A DNA stretch of 64,000 bases, taken from positions 3,038,001 to 3,102,000 of the forward strand of contig NC_043012.1 in assembly GCF_006345805.1 (NCBI RefSeq), in the 5' to 3' direction. A model generated the notes under the pieces. The model made no database searches. It saw only the letters and a program-made list of their open reading frames with translations, and was not told where the DNA came from. Origin of the DNA: Octopus sinensis (Eukaryota). The first letter of the stretch is position 1. Each line of letters begins with the position of its first letter. A program made the translations under genes and the position numbers. Below are positions 11,654 through 23,922 of the stretch, piece after piece.

Positions 11654-14600
11654 TTAACATCCTCTTTCCATGTCAACATGGATTTCTGTGTCAAATTCTG
11701 CTGAGGTCAACTTTGCCTTTCATCCTTTTGGGATCAATAAAACAGGTCCCATTTTTGTGCTGAGGTTGATTGAATCACCCAGTCCTGTCCCCCGAAATTC
11801 AAGCCTTGGGCCTAAATGAGAAAGGATTATTATTTAGCATTAAATCTCAACAGTTGGATTCAACAAAACAAGGTCAACAAAACATGCCAATATGCATTTG
11901 GGTTATCGTGAAGCTGGATGTTGCTGATCAGAGAAACCCATCAAACCCACACTAGTATTATTAAAAGGAAGAGATAGAGAGAGAAAAGTAAGAGAGAGAG
12001 CAGAGAGGAATAATACTCAAATGGAGGGAAGGAGGTAGGGGTCTATAATTTTTTATGATTTTTTTTATTTTAAACAATGACGTCTGTTTTATATGCACTT
12101 ACATAAACACCACCAGCCTTGTTTTTCTGCTATTCCGCAGAATAGAACTCTGCCTAACTACTTTAGTAGCCAGCCGTATGTATTACATACGGCTCAAACT
12201 ACAACTTTTAAAAACAGGCTGCTATAAATGTCAGTTTTATGTAGTAGTAGTAGTTGTTGTAGTAGTAACAGCAGAAGTAGCAGTAATAGCAGTAGCAGGG
12301 TCAGCCTCTTAAGAGAAAACCAAAAGGACATGTTTGTTAGAAACCTGATGCAAGTGAGAGGAGTAATAAACAAAACAGCTACAGATTAAAAAGTGGAATA
12401 AACTATATCATTAAAACAATGGACAAACTTTATTGTTTCTATCAGTGGGAACATAAAAACTAAAATCCTTATATTGATAAAGTTATGTGTGTGTGTCTGT
12501 GTGTGCATTTGTATCTTTTATCTTTCAGTCTCTCAGAGGGTTGCACCAAGCTCCACTCTCTGCTTTGTCATGGATTTTATGGCTGGATGTCCTTCCTAAT
12601 GCCAACTACTTTATAGAATTCATTGGGTTGTTTTTACATGGCACATACGTGTGTGTGTGTGTGTGTGTGTGCCTTAGTGCTTTTGTTTGTGCCTCACAAC
12701 CACTTGACAGCCAGTGTTTGTTTGTTTACATCACCATAACTTAACAGTTTGGCAAGAGACCGATAGAATTAGTATCAGGCTTCAGAATGATAAGAACTGG
12801 GGTCACAGGTTAAAGATAAAAGGTAAATGTTATTCCACTACCATTTTATCTTTGTTTTTCCTTTTTTTCTAAGCTGGTTTGGTGTATTCGAATGAATTTG
12901 GCTGTTATTTCTAACATGTTGAGCAACAACCATGTAGAGGCCCTCCCCATCATTGAGTTTTGTTTGGCGTGTTGCAATGTTTGTTCTGTTTGAAAACTTT
13001 TTCCTTTCCTTTTCTCTATCATTTGACTTCATTAATAATATAACATCACTGAAATGATGGGCTAGAACAAGTAAGTACATTGTTCTCTCTTCCCCCACCT
13101 CACCAAATAAAAAAAAAATCACTGATTACACTTATTGATCCATTACCAATATTTTTGTGACTGAAATTGAACAATTATAGTTGAGAATTAGGGATCAACC
13201 TCAAAGGTTAATGTTGTAATATGGGACTCTTTTTTTTTTGCCTTAAACAGCTCAGTGGTTGACATAAATATATTTTCAGATATAAAGACAATCTTTTATG
13301 ACCAGGAAACTAATAAGCCAATGAAGTGCACATTACTAAATTCTTTTGAAAAAAAAGCTTCTGTACAAATGTGTGTGTGAAGCTGGGATCTAGGGACTTG
13401 TTTTGTTTTCAAAAAAATATGGTTAATGGAAATTTAAATAATTGTAAAAATGTTGATGATAACTTTCTGTGTAGAAAAATCTTGAGTGTGATAAAGCAAG
13501 TTTAAAAGTTCATTCGAGATATATAGAAAGCAGACATTGAAAGAACCCCCTGGTTGGCATCAAAGATGGACCCAAGATATCCAAGACATCGTTTCCACAT
13601 CTTCACTGCTGTTTAAGCCATATTAATATATGCCGGGTAAAGAGTGCAATTATTTTTATTGTTACTTATTGATTATTGTTTTGTGTGACTGGTGAGATGT
13701 TGAAAGCCAAGAAATAGGACAGCAATTAAATCAGCTGAAAGTATATCCTTGTTTGATTGAGGGGGAAAAAAAAAGAACATTGCATAGATGGTTGTATGAA
13801 GGCTATATGCAGAGTCATTGCAGGATGTTTAGAAAGTGGTTCAGTCAGCTTGAGCTTTCAGAATGGTGTTTGTTATACCACCTGACTGTACCATGTGAAT
13901 AAATTAGCTTTTTTTCCTTTCCTTCCTTCTTTCTTTCTAACAAGGCCTGGATTATTTATTTCACTTATCACTTCAAATTCCATGACTTCAGCATCAGACT
14001 TGGGCGACAATTAGACAATTATGTTGATTTGGCTGACATAATACAGTACTAATATTCACTCCACTGTCACACCGTTTCCTCCGTGCCCACACCCTAGTTT
14101 GAACTCAGTCTGTACTTTATCTGTTGTAATATGATCCCACCCACAACTTCCACCCTCCCAAGGATGGGGACACAAACGGTACACATTTTCTATTTTTTTA
14201 TTTTCTTTTTCCTATTACATCAGTATTCCAACAGTGTAAATTATACAATTCATCTAAAAGGTTACCCACTTAACTTTAAATCTTAATTCTTACATTTAAT
14301 AGCGAATTATGTTACAAAAATTTATGCTGCAAAATTAAGGAGAAAATTTATTTATTTATTCTTTGTAAATATTTGAAATTTTACTCTGTTTCAAAGTCCC
14401 CCTCCCCCCAACCTAGTTTTTTGCATATAAAAACAACCAGTTGGGGGGGAATAAAACCAGTGAGGAAGTCATCATGTGGTCACTTGATCTGCTAGAAATA
14501 GCAACCCTCACATAGTAATCTTCTATATTAAGTAAAAAAAGGTTTAGTGGTGTATAGCTCTATATTTGATATGTAGTATTGTATGGCCACAGCTGGAATG

Positions 14601-17164
14601 TCTTTTGATCATATGCCTGCTCAACTAGGGTTGATATGAAGCTCTACAGCAACAACCATTGCCAGTGGGCAAAATAGAATTTTACGGTTAACCAGCCATT
14701 TTATGACATATTTCCTTTAAATGTCTCATCTACATTAATCTCTCTTTACACAGAGCAATTGTGTGAAGCACAACTTCATCATGATGCAGCATAGAAAAAT
14801 ACTATTCTCTTTCTGTTATTTTCTTCCTGTAAATTAGTGTGCTGGGCAGTTACATTAAATGTAGTAGTATATTTTACCGACATACTCTGTACTGCTTCCC
14901 CTAACCATCAGAAAAAGAAGTTCTAGGTCACAGTTCTTCAGTTTGTATACATTAAAAAGCAGTTGCACAACCGTCTGAGTTGTTGCTAAGAGAATGTAAA
15001 GTGTTTTTGATTGTCAAACATATATGTAATATGTTTAGAGTTGTGTAATGATATATTTACCATCATGTCTATGTCCAGCCTCCACTCCCTGGTTGTAATG
15101 GCTAAAATTTTTCATTTGCTTACGAATTTGAACCAATCTGAAAACTTGACTGTATTAAAAGCAAAGGGTTGACAGAATTGGCACAACATTGGAAAAGATT
15201 CCTATGTTCTGAGTTCAAATGTTGCTATGATCAACTTTGCTTTTTATCCTTTTAAAATACAGCTCGTTAAATACTGCATCAATATCATGCAACTCCATCT
15301 TTACTTAGAAACTTATGATATCATGTTTATCTTTTATCTTTTACTTGTTTCAGTCATTGGATTGCAGCCATGCTGGGGTACCACTTTAAAGGATTTAGTT
15401 GAACAAACTGACCCCACTGCATTTTTAATTTTTAAAACTTGATTCTTGTACTATTGGCCCCTTTACTGAACCTCTAAGTCACGGGGACATAAGCAAACTG
15501 CTAGTCAAGCATTGATGATGGACTCTATCTCTCTCTCACACACACACACACACATGGAGGCTTCCTTTAGTTTCTGCCTACCAAGTCCACTCACATAGTC
15601 TAAGGCTATAGAAGATAGTTGCCTGAAGTGCCAAGTAATGAGAATGAACCCAGGTCCACGTGGATGGGAAGCCAGCTTATGCCTATAATTAGTGATCTAT
15701 ATATTTTTCTTACCTGTCAACAAAATAAATCAAATTTTGTGTCTTTCCTCCATTTATTCTATGCAAAATTAACATTTTTTAAACCAACTTGCCAAAAACT
15801 AACCCTAGTTCTATAATACAAAACCCCTCATTCTAAAGTGTTAATGTCTAAATTGAAACTTCATTTCATGATTTTATGTAAGAACTTTTGCCGAGCCATG
15901 TTCCAAACAACAGCATCTACTATAATAATACTCTTTTGTTTGCTTCCTCACAACATATGAATGAGAAAGGAAGGGCTGATAGATGAATAACGAAGGAAGG
16001 GGTGATGGCAAACTTGGTAGTGGGATGATGTGTGTGTGTGTGCAATGGAAGTGGGATGGTGAATATTTAATGCTGAAAAGAAAAATCAAACAGTGTGAGT
16101 ATATGTGTGTATTTGTGTGCGTGTACAAGGGAAGTATGTGAACATTTATATGTGTGAACCAGCGTTCTTTCAGTAACAAACGATGGTTGATTGTCACATC
16201 CTTAAAGACATCCATTAGGTAACATTTACAAGTGTATTAATTTGATTTACTATCTATATCGTATCTTTAGCTCTTATTTATATATAAAATACTACAATTA
16301 GCTGTAATTTTTGACGGCATGGGGCCAGCTAGTTATTTATAATAAGTAACAAGTTTATTTTAAATAAATCTTTTTAGATCCTTGTAACAGAAACATCCTA
16401 CATTTCCAGAGAAATATGGTCATGAAAGAGACAAGTTAACCATTATTTTTGGAAACACTACAGGGAAACAGAATTAATTTCTGAAACTTTTTTTTTTTTT
16501 CAATGAGTATTTGTATTAATTGACTCTTTAAACCGTTGAAGGAGGATTGTTTAATCTGTGTAGTGTTTAACAATCTCTTGTCTGATTGTACAATAGTTCT
16601 CTTAGATAAACAAAACAAGATAACATAAGTGTGTTTCCTGAATATGACTACCACATTAAGTCAGTTGTTGATTATCTGGAGTTTTCATTGTTCGTGCCAG
16701 GGTACAAAAAAAAATAAAGACAAAAAAAAAAACTAGATTGTAAATACTTTGAAAAGTATCAACTATATACTACTCGCCATCGCAAAAACCAGGCTACAGC
16801 ATCTCATCAAGTTGAAGGAGCTTTGTAAAAGACATAGATTTCAGTAGTTAATGAAGTTTCAGCTGGATGAAATATTAAATTTGAAGCTGCTGATATTGCT
16901 GTGAGAGAGAAAGAGAGAGAGAGAGAGGCTAACAGTGAGAGTAGAATCGGCCAGTGTTGATTGTTCAACATATCTTATATTCTAGACTAATTCCACCGAG
17001 AAACGGAAAAGGATGTTGAAAGAAGAACAGTAAACAAAAAGTTGTCAGTAGCACTTAGTGCCTTGGAATAATATCTTTACTAAAATGTCTGCCCTTCCGA
17101 AGTTGCTACCCACACTCCAGCCCCAATCAGAACACATTGCATCAATACTGCTCACCAACTTATT

Positions 17165-17554
17165 CTTTTTATTCTTTTATTTGTTTCAGTCATTTGACTG
17201 CGGCCATGCTGGAGCACCGCCTTTAGTCAGTCAAATCGACCCCAGGACTTATTCTTTGTAAGCCTAGTACTTATTCTACCGGTCTCTCTTGCTGAACTGC
17301 TAAGTGACGGGGACGTAAACACACCAGCATCAATTGTCAAGCGATGTTGGGGGGACAGACACACACACACACGCACATACACACACACACACGACAGGCT
17401 TCTTTCAGTTTCCGTCTACCAAATCCACTCACAAAGCTTTGGTCGGCTCGAGGCTATAGTAGAAGACACTTGCCCAAGTTGCCACGCAGTGGGACTGAAC
17501 CTGGAACAATGTGGTTGGTAAGCAAGCTACTTACCACACATCCACTCCTGTGCC
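17165..17554 (-). mobile_element. SINE family A, full length
   Basis: Reverse complement of 31368 copy. Confidence 0.85.
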
Positions 17555-18345
17555 TTATATTGTATTTCCTTTCAAATATTCTTCTGCCCATGTATTTTTG
17601 TCTGTTGCTAGGTTTCAGTTATTCAAGGATATTGTTTACTATCTAATGAGCCTAATTTTACTAATTCCATGAGGGTTGCACTAGTTTTTATGGTGCTGGT
17701 GGTGGTAGTAGAGGTGCTAGTACCCTCATCCCACAATAAAACTATATGAAAAGACAGAAAGGAACATAGCTGCAAGCTATCAGATATCAGTAATCCTTAC
17801 TGCTATAGTTACAAGGCTTGAAATTTTGGGGGAGGGGCTGGGCAGTCAATTAGATTGACTCCAGTACGCAACTGGTACTTTATTTATCGACCCTGAAAGG
17901 ATGAAAGGCAAAGTTGACCTTGGCGGAATTTGAACTCAGAACGTAAAGACATGCTAACGATTCTGCCAGTTCACTGCCTTATCAGATATCAATTATAATA
18001 ACAATAATAATAACAGTGATTTCAAATTTTGGCACAAGGCCAAGTGAGTTTGTGGTAGTGGGTGAGTCAATTACATTAACCCTAGTGATCAGCTGGTAGT
18101 TAGTTTACCAACCCCAAAAGGATGAGAGGCAAAGTCAACTCTGGCAACATTCAAACTCCAAATAGAAAGATGAAATTCTACTAAGTATTTTGTCCAATGA
18201 GCAAAGATTCTGCTAGTCTGTTACTTAGATGATGAGGATGATGATAATAATAATAATAATAATAATAATTGCAGCGTAGAAGATGTTTGTAAACCATTCA
18301 AGAACACTCAAAAACCATTAGTTTCACTTCAACTATTAAATTTTG

Positions 18346-18392
18346 TGTCAAAATGTTTTCGTTGCTTTGAAACTGTGACCTGTTCATTGACA
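18346..18392 (-). ncRNA. Hammerhead-like motif with variant 5' core (AUGAACA)
   Basis: UGUCA-AUGAACA-G-GUCAC/GCAAC-GAAA-ACAU-UU-UGACA. Confidence 0.45.
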
Positions 18393-18479
18393 AAGCACAA
18401 TCTCAGATCAAGTCACTTGCTATGCAAGTACATCTTTGTTAATCCCAATAATGATAATAATCATTATAAATGCATCGAT

Positions 18480-19110
18480 GTTGTACCAGGCAGTGGCTCT
18501 CATGGCTTCTGATCCTAACTGATTGGAAGCCTTAACATGTACATATTTTGTGTTGGTATAAAAGATGGGCTGCAGCAAATTTCCTGCTCAATACCACAGA
18601 TTTACTTGTCAGTTGTTTGATGCCCCGATGCAGTACCAGATGGTGGCTCTCGTGGCTCCTGACCTTAACTGATTGGAAGTGTTATCATGTACATTGTTTT
18701 GTCTTGGTATAAAAGATGGGCTGCAGCAAATTTTCTGCTCAATACCACAAATTTGCTTGTCACTTGCTTGACCGTAACCAGTTGAGCATGTCCCTTAGTG
18801 GCTGACAATATGTGCATCTTTGATCACATGCAGAAGTAGTGGTTGAGCATCATAGCCATGTGTTGAGAGGAATTCTTTGAGGTTTGAATAATTCACCTCT
18901 GGGAACATGGGTGTTTTGTTAATCATCCTCAAACAACCCTTATTCAGAGACCTTTTGAACGGGATGGGCTACTCAACCTGAAGAAAATTCTAACTGGGCC
19001 CCACCTGCAAGGTCATACGCTGCTTATCCTTATATTAGGTTACCATGTTGCACACATATGGTTGTTAGCTTGTACCTGATGGACCCTTGTCAGACAGGTA
19101 ATCAAGAGGA
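18480..19110 (-). mobile_element. Family G interspersed repeat with ~140-bp internal tandem duplication
   Basis: 18484-18620 duplicated at 18633-18770; interspersed status inferred (single copy in window). Confidence 0.5.
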
Positions 19111-19731
19111 GTATATTGGGTTTTATTTATTTGTACTCTGGCGTCATTTTGATGGCTTGTACTGCTCCCTCGTTCAATAATAATAATAATATTTTCTACC
19201 AAAGGCATGGGAGGGGATTAGTCGATTACATCAACCCCAGTGTTTCACTGGTACTTAATTTATTGACCCCAAAAGGATGGAAGGTAAAGTCAACTTCAGC
19301 AGAACTTGAACTTAGAACACAATGACAGGCAAAATACCATTAAGCTCAATGTGCTAACAATTCTGCCAGTTTGCTGCCATTTTATCAACCCCAAAAAGAT
19401 GAAAGGCAAAGTCAGCCTTGGTGGAATTTGAACTCAGAATGTAAAGAGCTCGAAATAAATGCTGCTAAGCATTTCATCCAATACAGGCCAAAGTCAAATG
19501 ACAGCAGTGTTCATATACAGAGCATGAAAGTATTCAATAAAATAAAGCAGAGCTACATTATTAAGTGTACCTATCCACTGCCCTTCTGTTAGGTGGGATG
19601 GTACCAGAGGAAGGGCTGGAGAAAATATAAAAGTGGTCATATAATTTCCCAAGATTTTAGGCTTCACGGATTGGGTGGTGATGGTGGTGGTAGTAGTTGT
19701 AGTAGCAGCAACATTTCAGCCTCCTAGTAAA

Positions 19732-19970
19732 GGCGGCGAGCTGGCAGAAACGTTAGCACGCCGGGCGAAATGCTTAGTGGTATTTCGTCTGCTGTTACGT
19801 TCTGAGTTCAAATTCCGCCGAGGTCGACTTTGCCTTTCATCCTTTTGGGGTCGATAAATTAAGTACTAGTAATGCACTGGGGTCGATGTAATCGACTTAA
19901 TCCCTTTGTCTGTCTTGTTTGTCCCCTCTGTGTTTAGCCCCTTAGCCCCTTGTGAGCAATAAAAAAATAA
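19732..19970 (+). mobile_element. SINE family B, young copy
   Basis: TSD AGCCTCCTAGT (19718-19728, 19975-19985). Confidence 0.85.
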
Positions 19971-20050
19971 GTTTAGCCTCCTAGTTGGCACTAATTTTGC
20001 AAACCTATAATAGAAAGGTACTCCATTTGTGGCCGTCCCATCCTTTATGT

Positions 20051-20302
20051 CAGTGTTTCTCAACCCTTTTTCACCTATGGCCCCCTTTGATTCCTATTTT
20101 ATTTGGATGGACTCTCCTAGCCATTCAATTTTTTTTTAAAATCATATTTTTATAATTAAATATTATTAGGAACTGTATTAAAAAAAAAAGTTAAAATATT
20201 TTATGTATCGTAGAAGCATAAACAATTTATTGCAGATAAATTTTGATAACAGAATCTTATATGGACCCCAAGGGCCATGTGGACTCTTGCTGAGGACCAC
20301 TG
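20051..20302. mobile_element. hAT-type MITE
   Basis: CAGTGTTTCTCAACC...GCTGAGGACCACTG; TSD CTTTATGT/CTTTATTT. Confidence 0.75.
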
Positions 20303-21156
20303 CTTTATTTGAACAAAATGTATGAAGTTCACAAACCCAAGCATGTCCTTCTATTTATAAGATAGTAGGATGTGATTTGAAAGAGATTTGGCTGGTATTT
20401 CTAGCATGTCAAGCAACTGCGTATATACTCTCATGTGAGATCCTTGTGTTAAAATGAGTAAAATATTGCCTTGCTGCAGACTTGGCCAACCCATGCTACA
20501 CAATTGGATACACAATTGCTAGAACAATAATCACCATAAAGCAGAGAAGTAGGGAGAGTAGCGAGAGACAGAAATAATGATTCTACTTGTCATGTAGCAG
20601 CACAATTGTTCATAGTTTTTAGTTGCTTCACTGTATCCCACGCTGTGTTTTCATGTCAAAATTTGAATTTGAAATTCTGTAAATGAATTAAGAAAAATAA
20701 ACAAGTGCTGTTTATGAATGCAAATGTTAACCTTCTCCTAACTTGACTGTATGAAATGCAACCTAACCCAGGATTTTGTTCTTGAGCTTGTATAAAAAAA
20801 GAAAAAAGCCGTCAAAATGATGCCCTTGGTAAAATAATGTTTGCTTATCCTAGCTTGAAGTGTATTGCTCACAATGTTCATATGAATTAATGTATTACTA
20901 TAAAGAATTGATACAGTCATCTTTGTCTCAATGTCAGACACAACCATCACTTTCACAAGATAACTCTAATGCTTTTTTGGGGTTTTTTTTTAAAGTATTG
21001 TGGAAACCTATTATTTCCTGAGCCACTTTTAGTAAGTTAGTCTGACAAGGGAGATGGAGAGTTAGGTAGTTTTGCTTAGCATCTGGCCTCTTGCGATAGG
21101 ATATGATAAAGACAGACTAGCTGTTGATATAATTTAAATGATTATTTTTCACTCAG

Positions 21157-21323
21157 ACAAATTATGAATTCCCTCTACATGAACGACATTATCACGTGCT
21201 CTTCCTACAACAGATCTCACCAGGCAGTGAATATCCTGAGTATGAAGAGAGAGAGACTCAGAGAAAATATTTTGTAATAGAGACTTTACAATCTGATGTC
21301 ATTTCCCAACCTCCCAATTGCAG
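21157..21323 (+). CDS. Candidate coding exon (TNYEFPLHERHYHVLFLQQISPGSEYPEYEERETQRKYFVIETLQSDVISQPPNC)
   Basis: tttttcactcag acceptor, CAG|gtacta donor, frame open between them and closed just outside; alternative in-frame acceptor at 21214. Confidence 0.45.
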
Positions 21324-21644
21324 GTACTACTACTTATCTTAAGAAAACAAACAGCAGTGTATTTTCACTAGTCTAGTAAAAAAAAAACAAAAAAACTATT
21401 TTGTTACCTACAATTGTGAAACCTGTACAATTTCTGTCTGTCTTTGGTGACCATTTATGGGAAACGCATAGACTTCATATAGCCAAGTCTACAATTGCTA
21501 GAGTTATGAAATCTTCCAACTGTAGATAGTTGCATTTATCATACAACACAAAAATATGCCCTACATTAGAATCCGGTTTAACGTATCTAGGATGGTGCAT
21601 TCATCATGCACATTCACATTCTGGATTCAAGCCAATGAGGAAGC

Positions 21645-21830
21645 TCCTGTTTGATTACTCAACCAAATGAAACAGCAGCCAAACTGCTCTAAACTTACGT
21701 CTTAAAGAAGGGATAGATATGCATTGTTCTAGATATACAAGAAGACAGGAAGGACGGTCACAGCTGGAATGTCTTTAGTCATAGATCTGCTTAATTAGAT
21801 CTGACCTGAAGGTTAAACAACAACAACAAC
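21645..21830 (+). mobile_element. Family F repeat with (CAA)n tail (copies near 6990, 14455, 47985(-), 50335(-))
   Basis: CAGCTGGAATG...GATC...CTGACC..GGTTAAACAAC shared. Confidence 0.55.
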
Positions 21831-22161
21831 ATACGTTCTGCATTGTTTCTCCACAGAAAAAAAAAAGAAAAAAGCATTATCTGCCTTATTGGTAAACCAA
21901 CCCACACACACCCACAACTATTGATCTACTGACATTCTGTGTGTCTTTTTTTCTGTTTCTTTTATCATAACCACATCTACAATCTCTGCTCTTCTAAACT
22001 TGTTGACTGTTGTTTCCATCTTTACCCAACTCACTCGGTGCTTCCTGTTTCTCCTCTCCCCACCCCCAATTGTGTCCATCACCCAATTTCCTGAATCCCA
22101 CCATCTTAAACCTACTTACCTCCCCTATTTCCCCCCCGGCAGTCTTTATAATCACTGATGT

Positions 22162-22490
22162 AGGACAAGATGCTGTGACAGCCTGGGCTTCAGAGGCCCA
22201 CAGCTCTTCAATATCCTCCCGAAGGACCTGAGAGACCTGCATGGGGAGGATGCAGATGTCTTTAAAATAAAACTGGATCTCTTCCTGTCAGGTGCCCCAG
22301 ATAAACCAACTTCACGGCAGGAGGTGCAGATGAGGGCATCTGCATCGAACTCTCTCATGCACCAAATGGCATTTGCTAAAAAGCATTTGTGAAGTAAAAT
22401 CATGTAGCAACACCAAATGGCGGTGCCCCAGCATGGCCGCAGCTCGTGAGCTGAAACTAGATAAAATAAAATTAAATAAAAAATAAATAA
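22162..22490 (+). mobile_element. CR1/L2-clade LINE 3' end (ORF2 C-terminus to stop 22392, stem-loop, A-rich tail)
   Basis: RTRCCDSLGFRGPQLFNILPKDLRDL...FKIKLDLFLSGAPDKP...SNSLMHQ; 3' end homologous to SINE A tail. Confidence 0.8.
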
Positions 22491-22699
22491 ATGGCACATC
22501 TAAAGTTGAACATTAGCTGCACTGCTTTCAGTTAGTCTTGCACTACATTGTGTGCATGATGGTGGTGGCAGTGGCAGTGGCGGCTGCTGCTGCTGCATAA
22601 CAGACACTGAACACCATGTCATTCACCCCTACTCTATAAACACTCAGAAATTGATTTTTTTAAATCTAAGTTTGGAGTACGAGTTAGTGTCCATGGTCC

Positions 22700-23035
22700 T
22701 CACAGGTCTTCTGAGACTGGTGAGATTGATACCAGTTATGTTCCACTTGAATTTTTTTGTGAGTCATTGACCGCAAGAAAGATGTGTGCAAAGAGAGAAT
22801 TCCTAGGGGCTGGTTTACTGGGGAAGAAGGACTGAGTGAACTGGTATGTGCAAGGCCTGGTGGATGGGTACAGCAGGAGTGATGGGATGAGGAGAGACAA
22901 GTGAGTGAAGGTGACACAAGACAAGCCAGCTCTGTGGAGCATAGACCATTGTAGTAGTGGTAGAGTAGGCACAGTGAGAGGGGCATCATTTTTGTAGACC
23001 AGAGATAAGAGTCTGTTTCTGAGTGACATCATGCC
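22700..23035 (-). mobile_element. Second degenerate CR1/L2-like LINE 3' fragment
   Basis: Frameshifted LCLLYHYYNGLCSTELA and SFFP..RNSL motifs. Confidence 0.55.
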
Positions 23036-23364
23036 AATTAGTTGAATGGCCTTTATCTGTACGTGACCTAAGATGTCTGTGAATATAATTTACAATGTTA
23101 ATAGTCCAACAGGTCTGCAAATTGGAACATTTGTTGGACTCTAAATTACTTAGAGAAATTACTCGGGAATGCTGCCTGCACTAACAACAGTAGTCAAATT
23201 AGTGCTACTATATTTAATGCAGCAGTTACCAACCTTTTTTTGCGCCACAGACCAGTTTCATGCAAAACAATTTTTGCATGGACTGGGGGATCAAACACAT
23301 AACGAAACACCATAAAATGCATGATATATAATTTATATTATTACATATATAATTATAATCCATA

Positions 23365-23635
23365 TAGTTCTACAGTTCTATATTTAAGAGATGAGGAATT
23401 ATTTACATTATTTACATTGGACAGATATTTGTCCTCATCTTGTTTGTTGCTAACACAACGTTTTGGCTGATATACCCTCCAGCCCTCATCAGGTGTCTTG
23501 GGGAAATTTCGAACCTGGGTTCTCATTCCTAAGGTATTTGTCGATGTTATTATTATTGTTCAGGTCACTGCTTGGAATTGAACTTGGAATCTTGGGGTTA
23601 GTAGCCCGTGCTCTTAACCACTATGCCATATGCCC
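23365..23635 (-). mobile_element. tRNA-headed SINE with hammerhead-bearing 3' part
   Basis: A-box TGGCATAGTGG (23618-23628), B-box GTTCAATTC (within 23574-23584), hammerhead motif at 23452-23497. Confidence 0.75.
23452..23497 (-). ncRNA. Minimal hammerhead motif (G12 reads A in this copy)
   Basis: GACAC-CUGAUGA-G-GGCUG/CAGCC-AAAA-CG-UU-GUGUU. Confidence 0.6.
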
Positions 23636-23869
23636 ATGGGCATATGCAGATAATGTATATAATCCATGTGTAATGCAAAAACACACTGCAGACTGCAATA
23701 GTCAGTAAAATAGAAATAAAATTTTAAATTGATTCTTTCTGTGCAGCCCGGTATCAAATGATCCACAACCTGGTACTAGTCAGTTGCCTGATGGTCAGGG
23801 ACATCTGATTTAATGCAATGACGAAAATATAATATTGGTCAATGACTAATATGATTTAAATTATTCCAG

Positions 23870-23922
23870 ATCAAGAGAGAGGGTTTCATCACTTCAACAA
23901 GCAATCCCTGGTAACTTCCTTG
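23870..23922 (+). CDS. Candidate 53-nt micro-exon
   Basis: ttattccag acceptor, G|gtaagt donor (alternative gtaact donor 12 nt upstream); two frames open. Confidence 0.25.

Larger units (their letters stand above)
23220..23807. mobile_element. hAT-type MITE interrupted by the hammerhead SINE
   Basis: CAG...CTG termini; perfect 8-bp TSD ATTTAATG (23212-23219, 23808-23815). Confidence 0.8.

Noticed and set aside
23560-23635. tRNA genes at SINE heads (also 31368, 38802, 1662)
   Set aside because: A/B boxes are present but there is no acceptor stem or cloverleaf, and they are fused to repeat bodies.
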